From NCBI GenBank assembly GCA_963666975.2, contig CAXVYR010000004.1, positions 2,336,001 to 2,400,000 of the forward strand: 64,000 nt of DNA, written 5' to 3'. Position numbers and translations under genes: made by a program. The notes below the pieces were generated by a model. That model saw only the letters and a list, made by a program, of their open reading frames with translations, was not told the DNA's origin and ran no database searches. The number at the start of each line of letters is the position of its first letter. The stretch's first letter is position 1. Shown here one piece after another: positions 44,972 to 56,995 of this stretch. This DNA comes from Terriglobia bacterium (lineage in GTDB: Bacteria > Acidobacteriota > Terriglobia > 2-12-FULL-54-10).

Positions 44972-46420
44972 GAGGGTGTCCCATACATAGTTGAAGGTTG
45001 AACGGCGGTTCGGCCCGAATCGAATAGAATCGGGCCAAGCCTAAATCCTATAGAAGGAGAACCGCCGAATGAAGGGAAAATATCACGTTTTGGAACTGGG
45101 TTCCAAGGGAGCCGAAGAAACCATCCAGAAGTTTTGCCAAACCAACGGACAGATGCTGTTGCCGGTGGTGGATCTGATCACGGAGGCGCGTCTGGCGTTG
45201 GATGAGGTGATTGATCGGGCCGGGCGAGGTTTGATTGAAACGATTCTGAGCATGAGCGCAGAGCAAATCGCGGGGCCAAAGAGTCCCGGGAAGGCGAGCG
45301 GAGAGGTGCGCTGGCATGGCCGGCAATTGGGGAGGGTGAAACTGGCCGATCGCCAGCTGCGGGTGGAGCGGCCCCGGCTGCGCCGGAAGGGCGGAGGGGA
45401 AGAAGCGGTGCCGGCCTACGAAGCACTGCGGAAAAGCGAGAAGACGGGCGAGGAGATGTTCGAGGCACTGTTGAAAGGGGTTTCGACGCGGAACTACCGC
45501 GAGGTGATCCCGGAGATGGCCAACAGCGCTGGGGTGTCGAAGTCTCAGGTGAGCCGGGAAGCGGCCGAGCAAGGAGCGCGGCGGCTGGAAGAACTGTTGG
45601 CGCGGCGCTGGGAGGAGGTCGAGATTCTGGTGATTTACCTGGACGGAATGCGGTTCGGCTCCCACCACGTCATCAGCGCCGTGGGCGTGGACATCGAGGG
45701 CCGCAAGCATGTGCTGGGGATTCAACTGGGCGCGACCGAAAACGCCGCTGCGGTGAAAGACCTTCTCACCCGCCTGCGCCAGCAAGGTTTGCGCACGGAT
45801 CAGCGCTATCTGTTTGTGATCGACGGCGCCAAAGCGCTCCGCGCGGGGATCGAGGAAGTATTCGGCAGCAATCAGCTGGTGCAGCGTTGCCGTACTCATA
45901 AGCTGCGCAACGTGGCTGAGCGGTTACCAAAGGGCGACAAAATGCTGGCGAATCAGGTGCGGTCGCTGATGCGCGCCGCCTGGCGATTGCCCCAAGCCGA
46001 GGAAGGCATCGTGCGCATAAAAAAGCTCGCTGGGATGATCGAGTGCGATCATCCGGCAGCAGCCGCCAGCTTGCGCGAAGGGTTGGAGGAGACCTTTACG
46101 ATCAATCGAGCCGACGTTCCTCCCAGCCTCCACCGCTGCCTGGCAACCACGAACCTCATCGAGAGCCCGCAGTCGGGCGTGCGGAAAAAGACTGGCAATG
46201 TTTGCCGCTGGCGCGACGGCGAGATGACGTTGCGCTGGGTGGCAGGAGCGTTTCTGCTGACCGAGAAGAATTTCCGGAAGATCATGGGTTATCACGATCT
46301 CTGGGCTTTGGCATCGATTCTCGGCCGAAGTCCAAACGCTGCTTCCTCTCACAAGGAGGAAGTGGCGTAATATGAACTCAACCCGCCGTCCCAACCTGCA
46401 ACTGAGTTTGGGACACCTTC
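44972..46420 (+). mobile_element. IS256-family element, copy 2 (transposase 45069..46370)
   Basis: Same IRs as copy 1; 8-bp target duplication GTGACCCG. Confidence 0.95.
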
Positions 46421-46469
46421 GTGACCCGTCACGCAGCACCTCTATTCCATCGGAGGCGGCAGGGACGCT

Positions 46470-46686
46470 ATGATACCAGCAGGGCAGCACGCAAGACACC
46501 CTTAAAGCCCCAGAACCGCTTCTCACAGTGGATGAGGTGCAAGCGATTCTGCGGGTTTCCAAGAGTTTTCTGTACGACCACACTACAGGACCTGCTCGTC
46601 CACACCTCCGCTGTGTGAAGGTGGGTAGGCGAACGCTGGTCAAGGTGCAGGATTTGAACAATTTCATTGAAGAGTGGTGCCAGTGA
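46470..46686 (+). CDS. Excisionase-like HTH DNA-binding protein (not in the ORF track; start out of frame)
   Basis: PLLTVDEVQAILRVSKSFLY...KVGRRTLVKVQDLNNFIEE*, just upstream of the integrase. Confidence 0.7.
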
Positions 46687-46736
46687 TCCAAAATATCCAT
46701 CCCGTGCTAAAATCCCCCGTCGGTTTGGGGGTGCGT

Positions 46737-47862
46737 ATGCCAAGAACTCGACACCAGCGCGGACGAGTGGAAGAGGTAGGTAAGCGGATCAGGAAGTGGC
46801 GCGGGCACTATTACATCTATGCAGTCGGGACTGACGGCAAGGAGCGGCGCCGGCATAGAAACGTGCTTCTGGGCCTCAAGTCCAAGCTGAAAAAGTGGGA
46901 AGCACAGGAAAAGCTCCAGAGGATCATCGAGAAAGAATCTGCCGACGGCACAGTGAGAGCTGATGCTGATATAACGTTTGGTTGGTTCTGGGAGAATCGT
47001 TATCTGCCGATGAGAGAGGCAAAGCTGAAAGGTTCAAGCATGGAAGGACTGCGCTTCATTGGCACGCATCTGCTGCCGGAATTTGGCAGGAAGTCGCTCG
47101 TCAAGATCACCAGATTCGAGTGCGATGCCTATTTGAACCGGCTCGGCAAGGAAGGATACTCGTCGTCTTTGATCCACAAAGCCAAGACCTACCTGAAAGC
47201 AATGCTGGATGAGGCCGTTGAGCAGGATTTCATTGGCAAGAATCCCGCTCGGAAGCTGGAGACGCCGCGAGTGCATCAGGCGGTGAAGCGATATCTATCA
47301 GAACAAGATGTCCAAAAGCTCGTCCTGGGATTGAAAGGCCGGGACCATCTTATGCTCAGGATGTTGCTGCTGTGCGGGCTCAGGCCAGGTGAAATATTTG
47401 CGCTTCGCTGGAACGACTGGCAGGGTGATCGATTATTCATTGACGAATCAGTATGGGAGGGGGAAATAGACACGCCCAAGACCGCCACCAGTATTGCATT
47501 TGTTTCGGTTCCGGACTCCCTGCAAGGAGAGCTGGAAATGTGGAGGGTGCAGTGTGGGTCGGCCAGCCCGGATGATCTAATCTTTCCATCTGAGCGGGGT
47601 ACACCCATTGCTCGAAGGAATTGGCTGAACCGTAACCTAAAACCGGCAGCGCAACGCGCCGGCATTCATGGAATGACGTATCAGGTATTGAGGCGGACGT
47701 TTGCGACGGTCATTCAGAAATGTGGTACGGTGAAGGACGCTCAGGCGCAGCTTCGGCACGCTTCGGCGGTACTGACGGTTGGGACATACATGCAGGCGAT
47801 GCCGGATAGCCAGAAGGCGCCAGTGGAGGCATTGGACGAGTTGTTCTGGCCAAGACCAAAGG
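46737..47862 (+). CDS. Tyrosine recombinase/integrase, C-terminal tip cut by IS256
   Basis: GLRPGE, TPKT, VLRRT and RHAS...GTY catalytic residues. Confidence 0.88.
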
Positions 47863-49311
47863 GAAGGTGTCCCAAACTCAGTTGCAGGTTGGGACGGCGG
47901 GTTGAGTTCATATTACGCCACTTTCTCCTTGTGAGAGGAAGCAGCGTTTGGACTTCGGCCGAGAATCGATGCCAAAGCCCAGAGATCGTGATAACCCATG
48001 ATCTTCCGGAAATTCTTCTCGGTCAGCAGAAACGCTCCTGCCACCCAGCGCAACGTCATCTCGCCGTCGCGCCAGCGGCAAACATTGCCAGTCTTTTTCC
48101 GCACGCCCGACTGCGGGCTCTCGATGAGGTTCGTGGTTGCCAGGCAGCGGTGGAGGCTGGGAGGAACGTCGGCTCGATTGATCGTAAAGGTCTCCTCCAA
48201 CCCTTCGCGCAAGCTGGCGGCTGCTGCCGGATGATCGCACTCGATCATCCCAGCGAGCTTTTTTATGCGCACGATGCCTTCCTCGGCTTGGGGCAATCGC
48301 CAGGCGGCGCGCATCAGCGACCGCACCTGATTCGCCAGCATTTTGTCGCCCTTTGGTAACCGCTCAGCCACGTTGCGCAGCTTATGAGTACGGCAACGCT
48401 GCACCAGCTGATTGCTGCCGAATACTTCCTCGATCCCCGCGCGGAGCGCTTTGGCGCCGTCGATCACAAACAGATAGCGCTGATCCGTGCGCAGACCTTG
48501 CTGGCGCAGGCGGGTGAGAAGGTCTTTCACCGCAGCGGCGTTTTCGGTCGCGCCCAGTTGAATCCCCAGCACATGCTTGCGGCCCTCGATGTCCACGCCC
48601 ACGGCGCTGATGACGTGGTGGGAGCCGAACCGCATTCCGTCCAGGTAAATCACCAGAATCTCGACCTCCTCCCAGCGCCGCGCCAACAGTTCTTCCAGCC
48701 GCCGCGCTCCTTGCTCGGCCGCTTCCCGGCTCACCTGAGACTTCGACACCCCAGCGCTGTTGGCCATCTCCGGGATCACCTCGCGGTAGTTCCGCGTCGA
48801 AACCCCTTTCAACAGTGCCTCGAACATCTCCTCGCCCGTCTTCTCGCTTTTCCGCAGTGCTTCGTAGGCCGGCACCGCTTCTTCCCCTCCGCCCTTCCGG
48901 CGCAGCCGGGGCCGCTCCACCCGCAGCTGGCGATCGGCCAGTTTCACCCTCCCCAATTGCCGGCCATGCCAGCGCACCTCTCCGCTCGCCTTCCCGGGAC
49001 TCTTTGGCCCCGCGATTTGCTCTGCGCTCATGCTCAGAATCGTTTCAATCAAACCTCGCCCGGCCCGATCAATCACCTCATCCACCGCCAGACGCGCCTC
49101 CGTGATCAGATCCACCACCGGCAACAGCATCTGTCCGTTGGTTTGGCAAAACTTCTGGATGGTTTCTTCGGCTCCCTTGGAACCCAGTTCCAAAACGTGA
49201 TATTTTCCCTTCATTCGGCGGTTCTCCTTCTATAGGATTTAGGCTTGGCCCGATTCTATTCGATTCGGGCCGAACCGCCGTTCAACCTTCAACTATGTAT
49301 GGGACACCCTC
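47863..49311 (-). mobile_element. IS256-family element, copy 3 (transposase 47913..49214)
   Basis: Same IRs as the other copies; flanks differ (ACCAAAGG vs GTAGAAGG). Confidence 0.95.
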
Positions 49312-49622
49312 GTAGAAGGTCCGTGAGGGGCAACCGAGTGTTCTTTGCCCGAGTGTCCGTCAGGTGTTGTTCGATGAGTTTGCCGAATCCCAACCGTTCA
49401 TCCAGCTCCCGCACCAGAATCAGACCTCCGTCGGAAGTGACCCGTGATCCGTGAAATGCGACCCGCAGAAAGCGGTTAAACGACAGTTGAAACGCCTGTT
49501 TTTGGTTCTCACCCATTGGGTGTACACCTCCGGAAGGCAATGTTGATACTGGAACCAGCATTAATATTGATGTTGGAGGTTAGTCGAGAGTTGCTTCTAC
49601 AATTTCAAACTGGAAATGCGGG
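49312..49622 (-). mobile_element. IS1380 5' fragment truncated by IS256
   Basis: MGENQKQAFQLSFN...ELDERLG and the end CCCGCATTTCCAGTTTG match the IS at 54569..56228. Confidence 0.85.
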
Positions 49623-49672
49623 TTAAAAGGATTTCACTTTTTATATGATACCGATCTTAACAGGGAAAATCC

Positions 49673-50104
49673 TTATCCGGCAATGCGAGATTCCTGAATC
49701 GCCACAAGCTTCCACTGTCCTTGCAGGCTGACCCACACATGGGTGAACCGGAAGTCGCCGCTAATGATTCTGCCCCTGGACCTCCCGTTCCTAATAGCGG
49801 TTCCTGTGACGATCGCAGTATCCCCTGTGATTCGAATGTCCATGTCCTCATAATTCAGGAAGTCGAACGATGTTTCACCGCCTCCCATCGCCCCCAGAGT
49901 AAAGAACTTATCCCTGACTTGCCCATCAAAGGTTGTCAGGATGTAGTTGTCACCGAACAAATTTTCGAGGAAATCCGTATCGCCCCTCACCAGAGCTTCC
50001 ACCCGTCTGTTTTCCAGCGCCATTACTTCCTGCTCTCGTGTTTGCCCCTGCGAGAATGCTGCAAAAAGTACCAGCAGCAGGAAAATGGTCATCGCCCGTT
50101 TCAT
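49673..50104 (-). CDS. Secreted NTF2-like (DUF4440) protein
   Basis: Signal peptide; GDTAIVTG...FTHVWV...WKLVA. Confidence 0.8.
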   Translation of the reverse strand: MKRAMTIFLLLVLFAAFSQGQTREQEVMALENRRVEALVRGDTDFLENLFGDNYILTTFDGQVRDKFFTLGAMGGGETSFDFLNYEDMDIRITGDTAIVTGTAIRNGRSRGRIISGDFRFTHVWVSLQGQWKLVAIQESRIAG

Positions 50105-50230
50105 AGAAGTTTCCAGCCGAGAAGTTATTTCATCACGCATTTAGCGTTTTCCTCCTTGGGTTTAAAATTATCCGGGATTTCCATTTTGGTCCTCCAGCGG
50201 TTGAGAGAGTATACACCCAATTCTCCCAGC

Positions 50231-51027
50231 GGCACTGTCAAGTTAACGGAACCAAGCCGAGATTCACCCCAAAACGACAAGAGTCCACAATCTCTCAACA
50301 GACGCACGTCACCTCTCTCCAATCGGAAAAAGCCCGGTCCCGGAGGAGTCGATGATGAGCGGCCTTGAGATGATGACGACCGACTCGGAACAGGTTCTGG
50401 ATAGGACCGTGAACTGAGAGAAAACGCTGAGTCTGTGCCATTGATTTGAACCTTCGCATTTGCCGCTCTTGTTCACGAGTGTGCTGATGGGAGACTTCAG
50501 CCCGATTGTTTTCGTATTGGCCTGTTCGATGGATCACGGTAGGAAAGATGTCCCTATGTGCAGCCGGATAACTCCGAAGCTTGTCGGTGATCAGTTGCCA
50601 GGGTGCTTTTCCCTGATGTTTCAAGGCCCTACGAAAGAAGCGTTTAGCGGCTCGACGATCTCTACGCTTGGTAACCAGTATATCGATCACGTCTCCATCC
50701 TGATCGACGGCCCGCCAAAGATAGAGGCGCTGACCTTGGATGGTGATGAAGAGTTCATCGACGTGCCAGATGTCACCGAGTCTTCCCCGTTTCCGACGCA
50801 GCGTTTGGGAGAAGGACGGTCCGAATTTCTGACACCAGTATCGGATCGCTTCGTAGGAGACAAGGATTCCTCGCTCTGCAAGCAAGTCTTCTGCGTCTCG
50901 AAAGCTCAGCGTGAACCGATGGTACAACCAAACGGCGTGACTGATGATTTCAGGTGGAAAGCGATGCCCTCGATAAAGTGATTCCATCCGTCCATTGTGT
51001 CTGACTCTGCCTTAACTTGACAAAGCC
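50231..51027 (-). mobile_element. IS6-family element (transposase 50295..50987)
   Basis: IRs GGCnnTGTCAAGTTAA; WHVDE, LWRAVD, TDKL and NNRAE. Confidence 0.92.
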
Positions 51028-51751
51028 GTCGGCTAAGCAGATCACCTATGCCCTCGACGACGTGATATTCCTGCGCGATATCTATCTCAAGCTCGAGGAG
51101 GATATGGACCGGAAAGGGCGCGAGACCTGGGTGGAACAGGAAATGAATAAGCTGACCGCTCCAAAAACCTATGAAAACCATCCCGAAGAGGCTTGGCAGC
51201 GAATCAGGACACGCACCGACAAGCCGAAAGTGCTGGCTGTTCTGCGCGAGTTAGCGGCCTGGCGTGAGAGCGAGGCGCAGCGCCGCGATATTCCCCGTAG
51301 CTGGGTGATCCGCGATGGAACCCTGGTCGATTTGGCCGTGCACGCACCGCTCAATAAGAAGGATCTGTGCCAGACCCGCAATATTTCACAGGACATGGCA
51401 AAAGGCCGCACTGGTGAGGCGCTGCTCGAAGCCGTGCAACGCGGCCTTGATACGCCTAAGGATCTATGTCCCCGTGCGGAGCGGCGAGAACGTTTTCTAC
51501 CAGAGCTGAAGCCAGTGCTGGAAATGCTCAAGATGCTGCTGCGCATACAGTCTGCCACGCATGGCGTGGCTACCAGGCTAATCGCCAGCAGCGATGACCT
51601 TGAAATGCTGGCCATGGACGGCGCGGCCGATATCCCCGCCATGAAAAGCTGGCGTTACGAGGTGTTCGGCAAGGAAGCCCGGGAGCTTATCGAGGGCCGC
51701 ATCGGCCTGTCTCTGAAAAACGGAAAGATCGAGAAAATCCAGATCCGTTAG
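51028..51751 (+). pseudogene. rnd: RNase D C-terminal fragment (ExoIII helix plus HRDC)
   Basis: QITYALDDV and LAAWRESEAQRRDIPR; N-terminus removed by IS6. Confidence 0.75.
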
Positions 51752-51842
51752 GGGTGTTCCAAGATCAGGCGGCAGGGTATTGTCAAGTTAAGGGAAATTC
51801 CGGTAGTGTCTCAGTTTGAATCTATTTTCTCTTTTATGAGAG

Positions 51843-52055
51843 CTATGTGCCCCTGTAGTCGAGTCTTGATTTTTGTTCATCGTCATCATCTTCGATGTCG
51901 AACACTATTGGATCACGGCGGCCATGAATGCGTACGCTAAATCTCCATATGTTGTCCAGGTTAGCTACCTGTTCGGGTTCTGAGAGTTTCGAATCTAGTC
52001 CGGCAGCGTCGAATTCAGCTCGCGCCAACTTATCAATGTTTTGTTTGCTCAACAT
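51843..52055 (-). CDS. Small hypothetical passenger gene
   Basis: AAGG RBS; lies between the transposase stop and the IS end. Confidence 0.4.
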   Translation of the reverse strand: MLSKQNIDKLARAEFDAAGLDSKLSEPEQVANLDNIWRFSVRIHGRRDPIVFDIEDDDDEQKSRLDYRGT

Positions 52056-52058
52056 TTA

Positions 52059-52200
52059 TTACCTTGCTATTCCTGCGATTTCTTCTAAGTCCCAAACGTG
52101 ATCGGAAATCCCTGCTGCCATAGCCGGGGTGATCCTTAAGCTCTTGTGAATCCTCGCAAAATTGTAATGCATGAAGTGTATCGCAACCGCCGCCGCCCTT
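52059..52200 (-). pseudogene. IS1-like transposase C-terminal fragment
   Basis: HFMHYNFARIHKSLRITPAMAAGISDHVW. Confidence 0.65.
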
Positions 52201-52225
52201 TTCTTCGGCTCCAGTGTAATGCAGT

Positions 52226-52600
52226 TCAGTGTATCGTCGCACCACCGCAGCAGCGTTTGTATTTCTTCCCAGAGCCACACGGACACGGATCATTCCGCCC
52301 AATCTTGCCAGTACCGCCGGGTTCGGGTCTGTCGGTGCTTATATAGCTCAGTCGGTTTGCCTTGAAGTAACGGCATGCTCCCAAAATCCCAGCCGCCATT
52401 TGCAAGATGATTCCTTCTCGCTTTTCTGAACTAATCGGCTCAGGCCGCATTCCAGGGTCTTCGTCGTGCTCGTGGTAGAGCATTAGGACAGGAACCATCC
52501 ATCCGCCGTGTTCTTCGTCGGTAATAAGCTCGGCCCAACCCTCGCGACGCATTTCAGTACCGCGCATGAAGCCGCGAGCCCAATCGTTTCCGTGGCACAA
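52226..52600 (-). pseudogene. YecA/UPF0149 SEC-C protein, 5'-truncated
   Basis: DWARGFMRG and [19 protein letters not shown]. Confidence 0.75.
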
Positions 52601-52603
52601 ACC

Positions 52604-54135
52604 TGTCGCTGGCGAATTACAAATTAGGCCCTCCAAGAGGGCCTTCTGGAGAAACGGAAGCGCGTCCTTGATCAGCCGGATCGCTGCTATTCATTCGGAC
52701 CGCGATGCGCGGTGGCGTCCTTGTCCATTGCGGGACCTTTCGGGTGGGACCGGGCTTGTAGCTGGAACAGGACAGAGGTGTAACAGCGTTTCCGTCCTGT
52801 CCATTGCGAAGTGATGTTGCGAGTGCGAGTGCACACTGGCGGAGTACCCTCGGTAGCAGCGAAACAATCAGATCAGACAACCGCTCCGCGTTGACAAGCT
52901 CAAACAGCGAATGGTTTCGTAGGAAGTGCCCGCCTGCCGATGTCCGCCGGTTACACAGGGAGCACCAGTCTTTGGAGAATCAGGCAGTCATTGGGGTGTG
53001 ATAGAGGCCTCTGCAGTGGCGTTGCCATCCATAGGAATGGAGCCTGGCGACTGGTCGTGGTATAGGCGTGACTGGATCAGGCGTTCTCCCTTCCAGTCCA
53101 GTGTGCGAGCGATACGCATTGAAATATGTCCTGAAATCGAGCAGCTTGTTCTCCAGGTCCGCCGTCGTCCAGAACAACGTGCGATCCAAATACTCGCGTC
53201 GAATCGTGCCGATCAACCGTTCCACAAAGGGATGGGACAGGGGAACATAGGGGACGGTTTTGATTTCGATTACCTCCAGGATCCGCAGATTGGCTTGCCA
53301 CTGCCCAAACCGATACAGGGGATCATGGTCGGAGCTGAGGTAGTTGGGCATACAGGGTTGCCATCGAATGGCGCGGTTGAACATGCGGCAAAGTGCCACG
53401 CCATTGACGGTTCCGGCGTGGACGCCGAACCCAATGATCCGGCGGGTGTATTGATCCATGACGACCAAGACCCAGCGGGTCCGCAACGTGGCCGATTCGC
53501 ACCGGAACAGATCTATACTCCAGAGGCTGTCCTTCATGTGGCCAATGAAGGTCAGCCAGGATGGCCCACCGGAGTCCTTTTTCGGCCGATAGTGGCTGGC
53601 GAGAATCCTTCGAACAACGTCTTTGTCGATGGGGATGTCGAAAGCCAAGGCAATCTGCTGAGCGATTCGCGGGCAGCCCCAGGTGGGATTGCGCTGCTTC
53701 ATCTGGACAACAGCGTCGATGAGTTCTTTGTTGGGTCCGTTTGGTCCGGGCTTACGCCGGTGCTTGGATGAAAAGAGCAGGCAATATTTTCGGTTCCTCA
53801 GAGCCCGGTGGAGGCCCAAAAGAGTCGAAGGCTTCAGCACGATTGCTGAGCGGATCAGGCGGGCGGGGCGGATGAGGAGAGCACACAGGCCGGCGGCGAG
53901 GCGATCTGAAGTGCGTAGATTGGGAGATCGCTGTCGCGAACGATTGAGGATCAGGAGTTGTTGCTTGACAAGAACGGACTCGGCGATCACAGAGCGAATG
54001 CCACCCGGACCCAAGAGCCGGGCAAGAGTAGCCATGACATGGACAACAAGGATAACGAGATTGCGCATCTCAGCATCTTAGCAAGAACCGCTAAACCCAG
54101 TAATTAGGCCGTAAACTAGCAATTCGCCAGGGACA
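52604..54135 (-). mobile_element. rve-integrase-core IS (IS3/IS481-like; transposase 52980..54068)
   Basis: IRs TGTCGCTGGCGAATT / TGTCCCTGGCGAATT; ERLIGTIRREYLD. Confidence 0.8.
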
Positions 54136-56458
54136 GGTCTACTATGCCGTCGACTCTTGTGAATTCCTGCGGATTCAAGATTGCGCGAATTCGAACCGCA
54201 GTCTGTGGGTCTTCTATGCCCTCTTTAATGCCAAGCAGCTTGAGCAAGTACTCAACACTAATTAACCTGATGTCCCAAGCGTACCGAGAGCCACGGATCT
54301 GAGCTTCCAAATCTCCCGTATCCCGGCGTCCGACGACAAGCAGGATCGAAGATGTTTGAAGGTCGATTTCATCAACACTGGCAAGCTGTTTCTGGTAGCC
54401 CGCTATTGTGTTGAGGGCAACTCTATACGTATCCGTCGTCTTAACCTCTACGATGAGCGATTGACCTTCTGGCGATCTCCACAGTCCGTCATAGCCGACT
54501 GCATCAACCGTGCCTCGATATAGGCCGTCCTTGACCTTGAATCCCAGCCGCGAACCGACCTGATTAATCCGGAATTAGTTTTTTGGCCCATCCGACTCGT
54601 GAGCATACATCCGTTGGCCTTCAATTGAGCCCTTCCAGACAAATATTTTCTCCGAGATACTGCCAGCGGCTTCCAGCCGCTCTTTCCGAGTCCCCAAAAC
54701 CCATCGCCTCGGCTTCCAGAACCAGCTTTTGCAGACACCTCTCCATGCCTGGGGGATATCGGAATCATTTTCTTGGGTGCGCCGCAGGCTAGGCTATCCC
54801 GACGGAAGCGACAGCCCATCTATTCGCCCCAGCATGCTAGCAAATAAACGTCTCGTCAGATGGCTCTCTGCCAGCAATAGCCAATAGTAGCGGGCATGCT
54901 TAATCAGGCGTCCTCCGGTTTTCACCAACCGCTGCTGCAAGCTCGTCAGGGACCAGTTCCCGATTCTCTGTGGCAGCACCAGCCGCCGCCAAAGATTTCC
55001 CAGATTATAGGCAATGATGGTCAGCCACAGCCGTACCTCGTTGGAGCGGAACCGATGGCAACTGAGCCGCGTCATCTTCACCGCCTGCTTGCCTTCCTTA
55101 ATCCACTGCTCTGCTGTCCCTCGCTTATTATAGAAACGCACCACCGCCCGACTCGGAAGCGTCAGATTCGTCACAATGAACCCCACTCGCGGGAACAACT
55201 CCCCCGGATGATGTTCTACCTTGGCTACCACCCGTCGGGCCGTCTTCCAACTCTCGGCTTGGTACAGAAACCCCTTGTACTCCACCAACGGCTTCTGGCC
55301 CGGCCTTCCTACCGGAAGTTTCAGCAACTCCTCGATGTCCCGCTGGAGGTTCTCGTTGGAAGGGATGCGGATGGCATACTTCACACCCCGCTCCTCCAAC
55401 GCTTCGTAAACCTCCGGCTTGGCAAAGGCCGCGTCAGCCCGAAACACGACTTCTTTCCCCATCAACTGCTGGCGTTCGATCTCCGGCAACAGAAGTTCTT
55501 CCCAGCCTTCGGCACTATGGACGTTGCCGGCACGGAGCTTGGCCGCTAGACAATCGCCGCCTCCATTGAACAGAAGCACCGGATGATAACAGGTGGACTC
55601 GAAGTGCCCGTTGTAGGCGCTTTGCTCCTGCTCCCCGTAGACCGGGATCTCAGTCGAGTCCATGTCGAGCACTACCCGGTACGGCGAATCGATTGCTTCT
55701 GCCCTGCCGATCAGTTCCCGGTTCAGCCGTGCCAGCCCTGCGAAGTTTTCCTCCTCAGCCAGCAACTCCGTCTCGAAGGTTTGCAACCGGGATGGCAGTG
55801 CTGCCCCTCGATCCCAATTCTTCTCGGAACCGATCAGCCGGAAGGTCGGATCTCGTGAGAGTTGCTCGGCATCGTTCACATCCTCGTATCCAGCCAAGCG
55901 ACTGTACACCGACTGCCGTAGCAGGTCCGCGAGGGGCAACCGTGTGTTCTTCCCCCGAGGATCGGCTAGGTGCTGCTTGATGAGTTCACCGAATCCCAAT
56001 CGTTCGTCCAACTCCCGCACCAGAATCAACCCTCCGTTGGAGGTGACCCTCGATCCGTGGAAAGCGACCTTCAACGAGGCATTAAAAGTGAGTTGAAATG
56101 GCTGATTTTGTCTCTCACCCATTCGGTGTATACCTCCGCACGCCAATGTTGATGCTGAAACCAGCATCAATATTGATGTTGGAGGCTAGTCGAAGGTTGC
56201 TTCTACAGTTTCAAACTGGAAATGCGGGTTAATAACGTCCTGAAGGGCAAGTCCTGATCCATCAAATTTTAGTTCAAGACATTCCTTGGCATACCGCGCC
56301 AAGTGTGCAGACGATACGGAAGCCAGAAAACTACGGAACTCCGACGAAGCGCTATTGCCGTCTTTCAGAATTCCCTCGCCGGCGAAGGCAATGAGCTGGT
56401 TTATTTGTTTATCGCGTATTTGTTCGGGCGAATTGCGCCAGATATCGATTAACGGCAT
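54136..56458 (-). pseudogene. PD-(D/E)xK restriction-endonuclease-like gene split by IS1380
   Basis: ...LQDVIN / QVGSRLG...YDGLW...IVEVKTT rejoins across the IS at the TTAAT duplication. Confidence 0.7.
54569..56228 (-). mobile_element. IS1380-family element (transposase 54794..56170)
   Basis: LDMDST, FRADAAF and YNKRGTAEQWIKEGK; CC..GG ends; 5-bp target duplication TTAAT. Confidence 0.92.
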
Positions 56459-56786
56459 CTTTCGTCCTTGCGGTGGTCCTGTGCCGGTTCAGCCGGAACC
56501 GGAGAGCGGGCGCTCCGCGTTACTGTAGACCAGGATTTCCTTTTTGGCCGTCCTGGCACGAACAGGGTAGCCGATCCACGGGCCGCCATACAACGGTTTT
56601 CGCACTACTTCCCCGTTTGGACTCCTCTCGCTGCTGCTCCGGCCGTCGAATGCTGCCCGATTGCGCCGTTTCAGCAAACGCAGAGGGCTTTTTGGCAAAA
56701 CCCCATCCCGCGCCGACCCTCGGCAACCCGCGTACGCATCATGGGCGCACGCTACCCCTACTACCTGCTGATCGACAGCCGCGAAG

Positions 56787-56995
56787 GGTACTGTCAAGTT
56801 AGCGTTCGTCGAGCGAGCCGGTACTCGGGATCGTGATTTCAGTTCGAGTCAGGCGGCGATCGTGACTGCATCCCAAATGAGAAAAGAGCGTCCTCGTAGC
56901 TCCCGATGATGCACCGCTCGCACCAGGTGACGGCCAACGCGGAAGAGGTTGCGGACGAGTCCATGCACGGACAAGAATCGTTGTGCCTGCCCGGG
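56787..56995 (-). mobile_element. Diverged IS6 3' remnant
   Basis: AQRFLSVHGLVRNLFRVGRH plus IR GGTACTGTCAAGTT. Confidence 0.75.

Noticed and set aside
46674-48359. 561-aa integrase with a novel C-terminal domain
   Set aside because: The extension is read-through into the antisense strand of IS256
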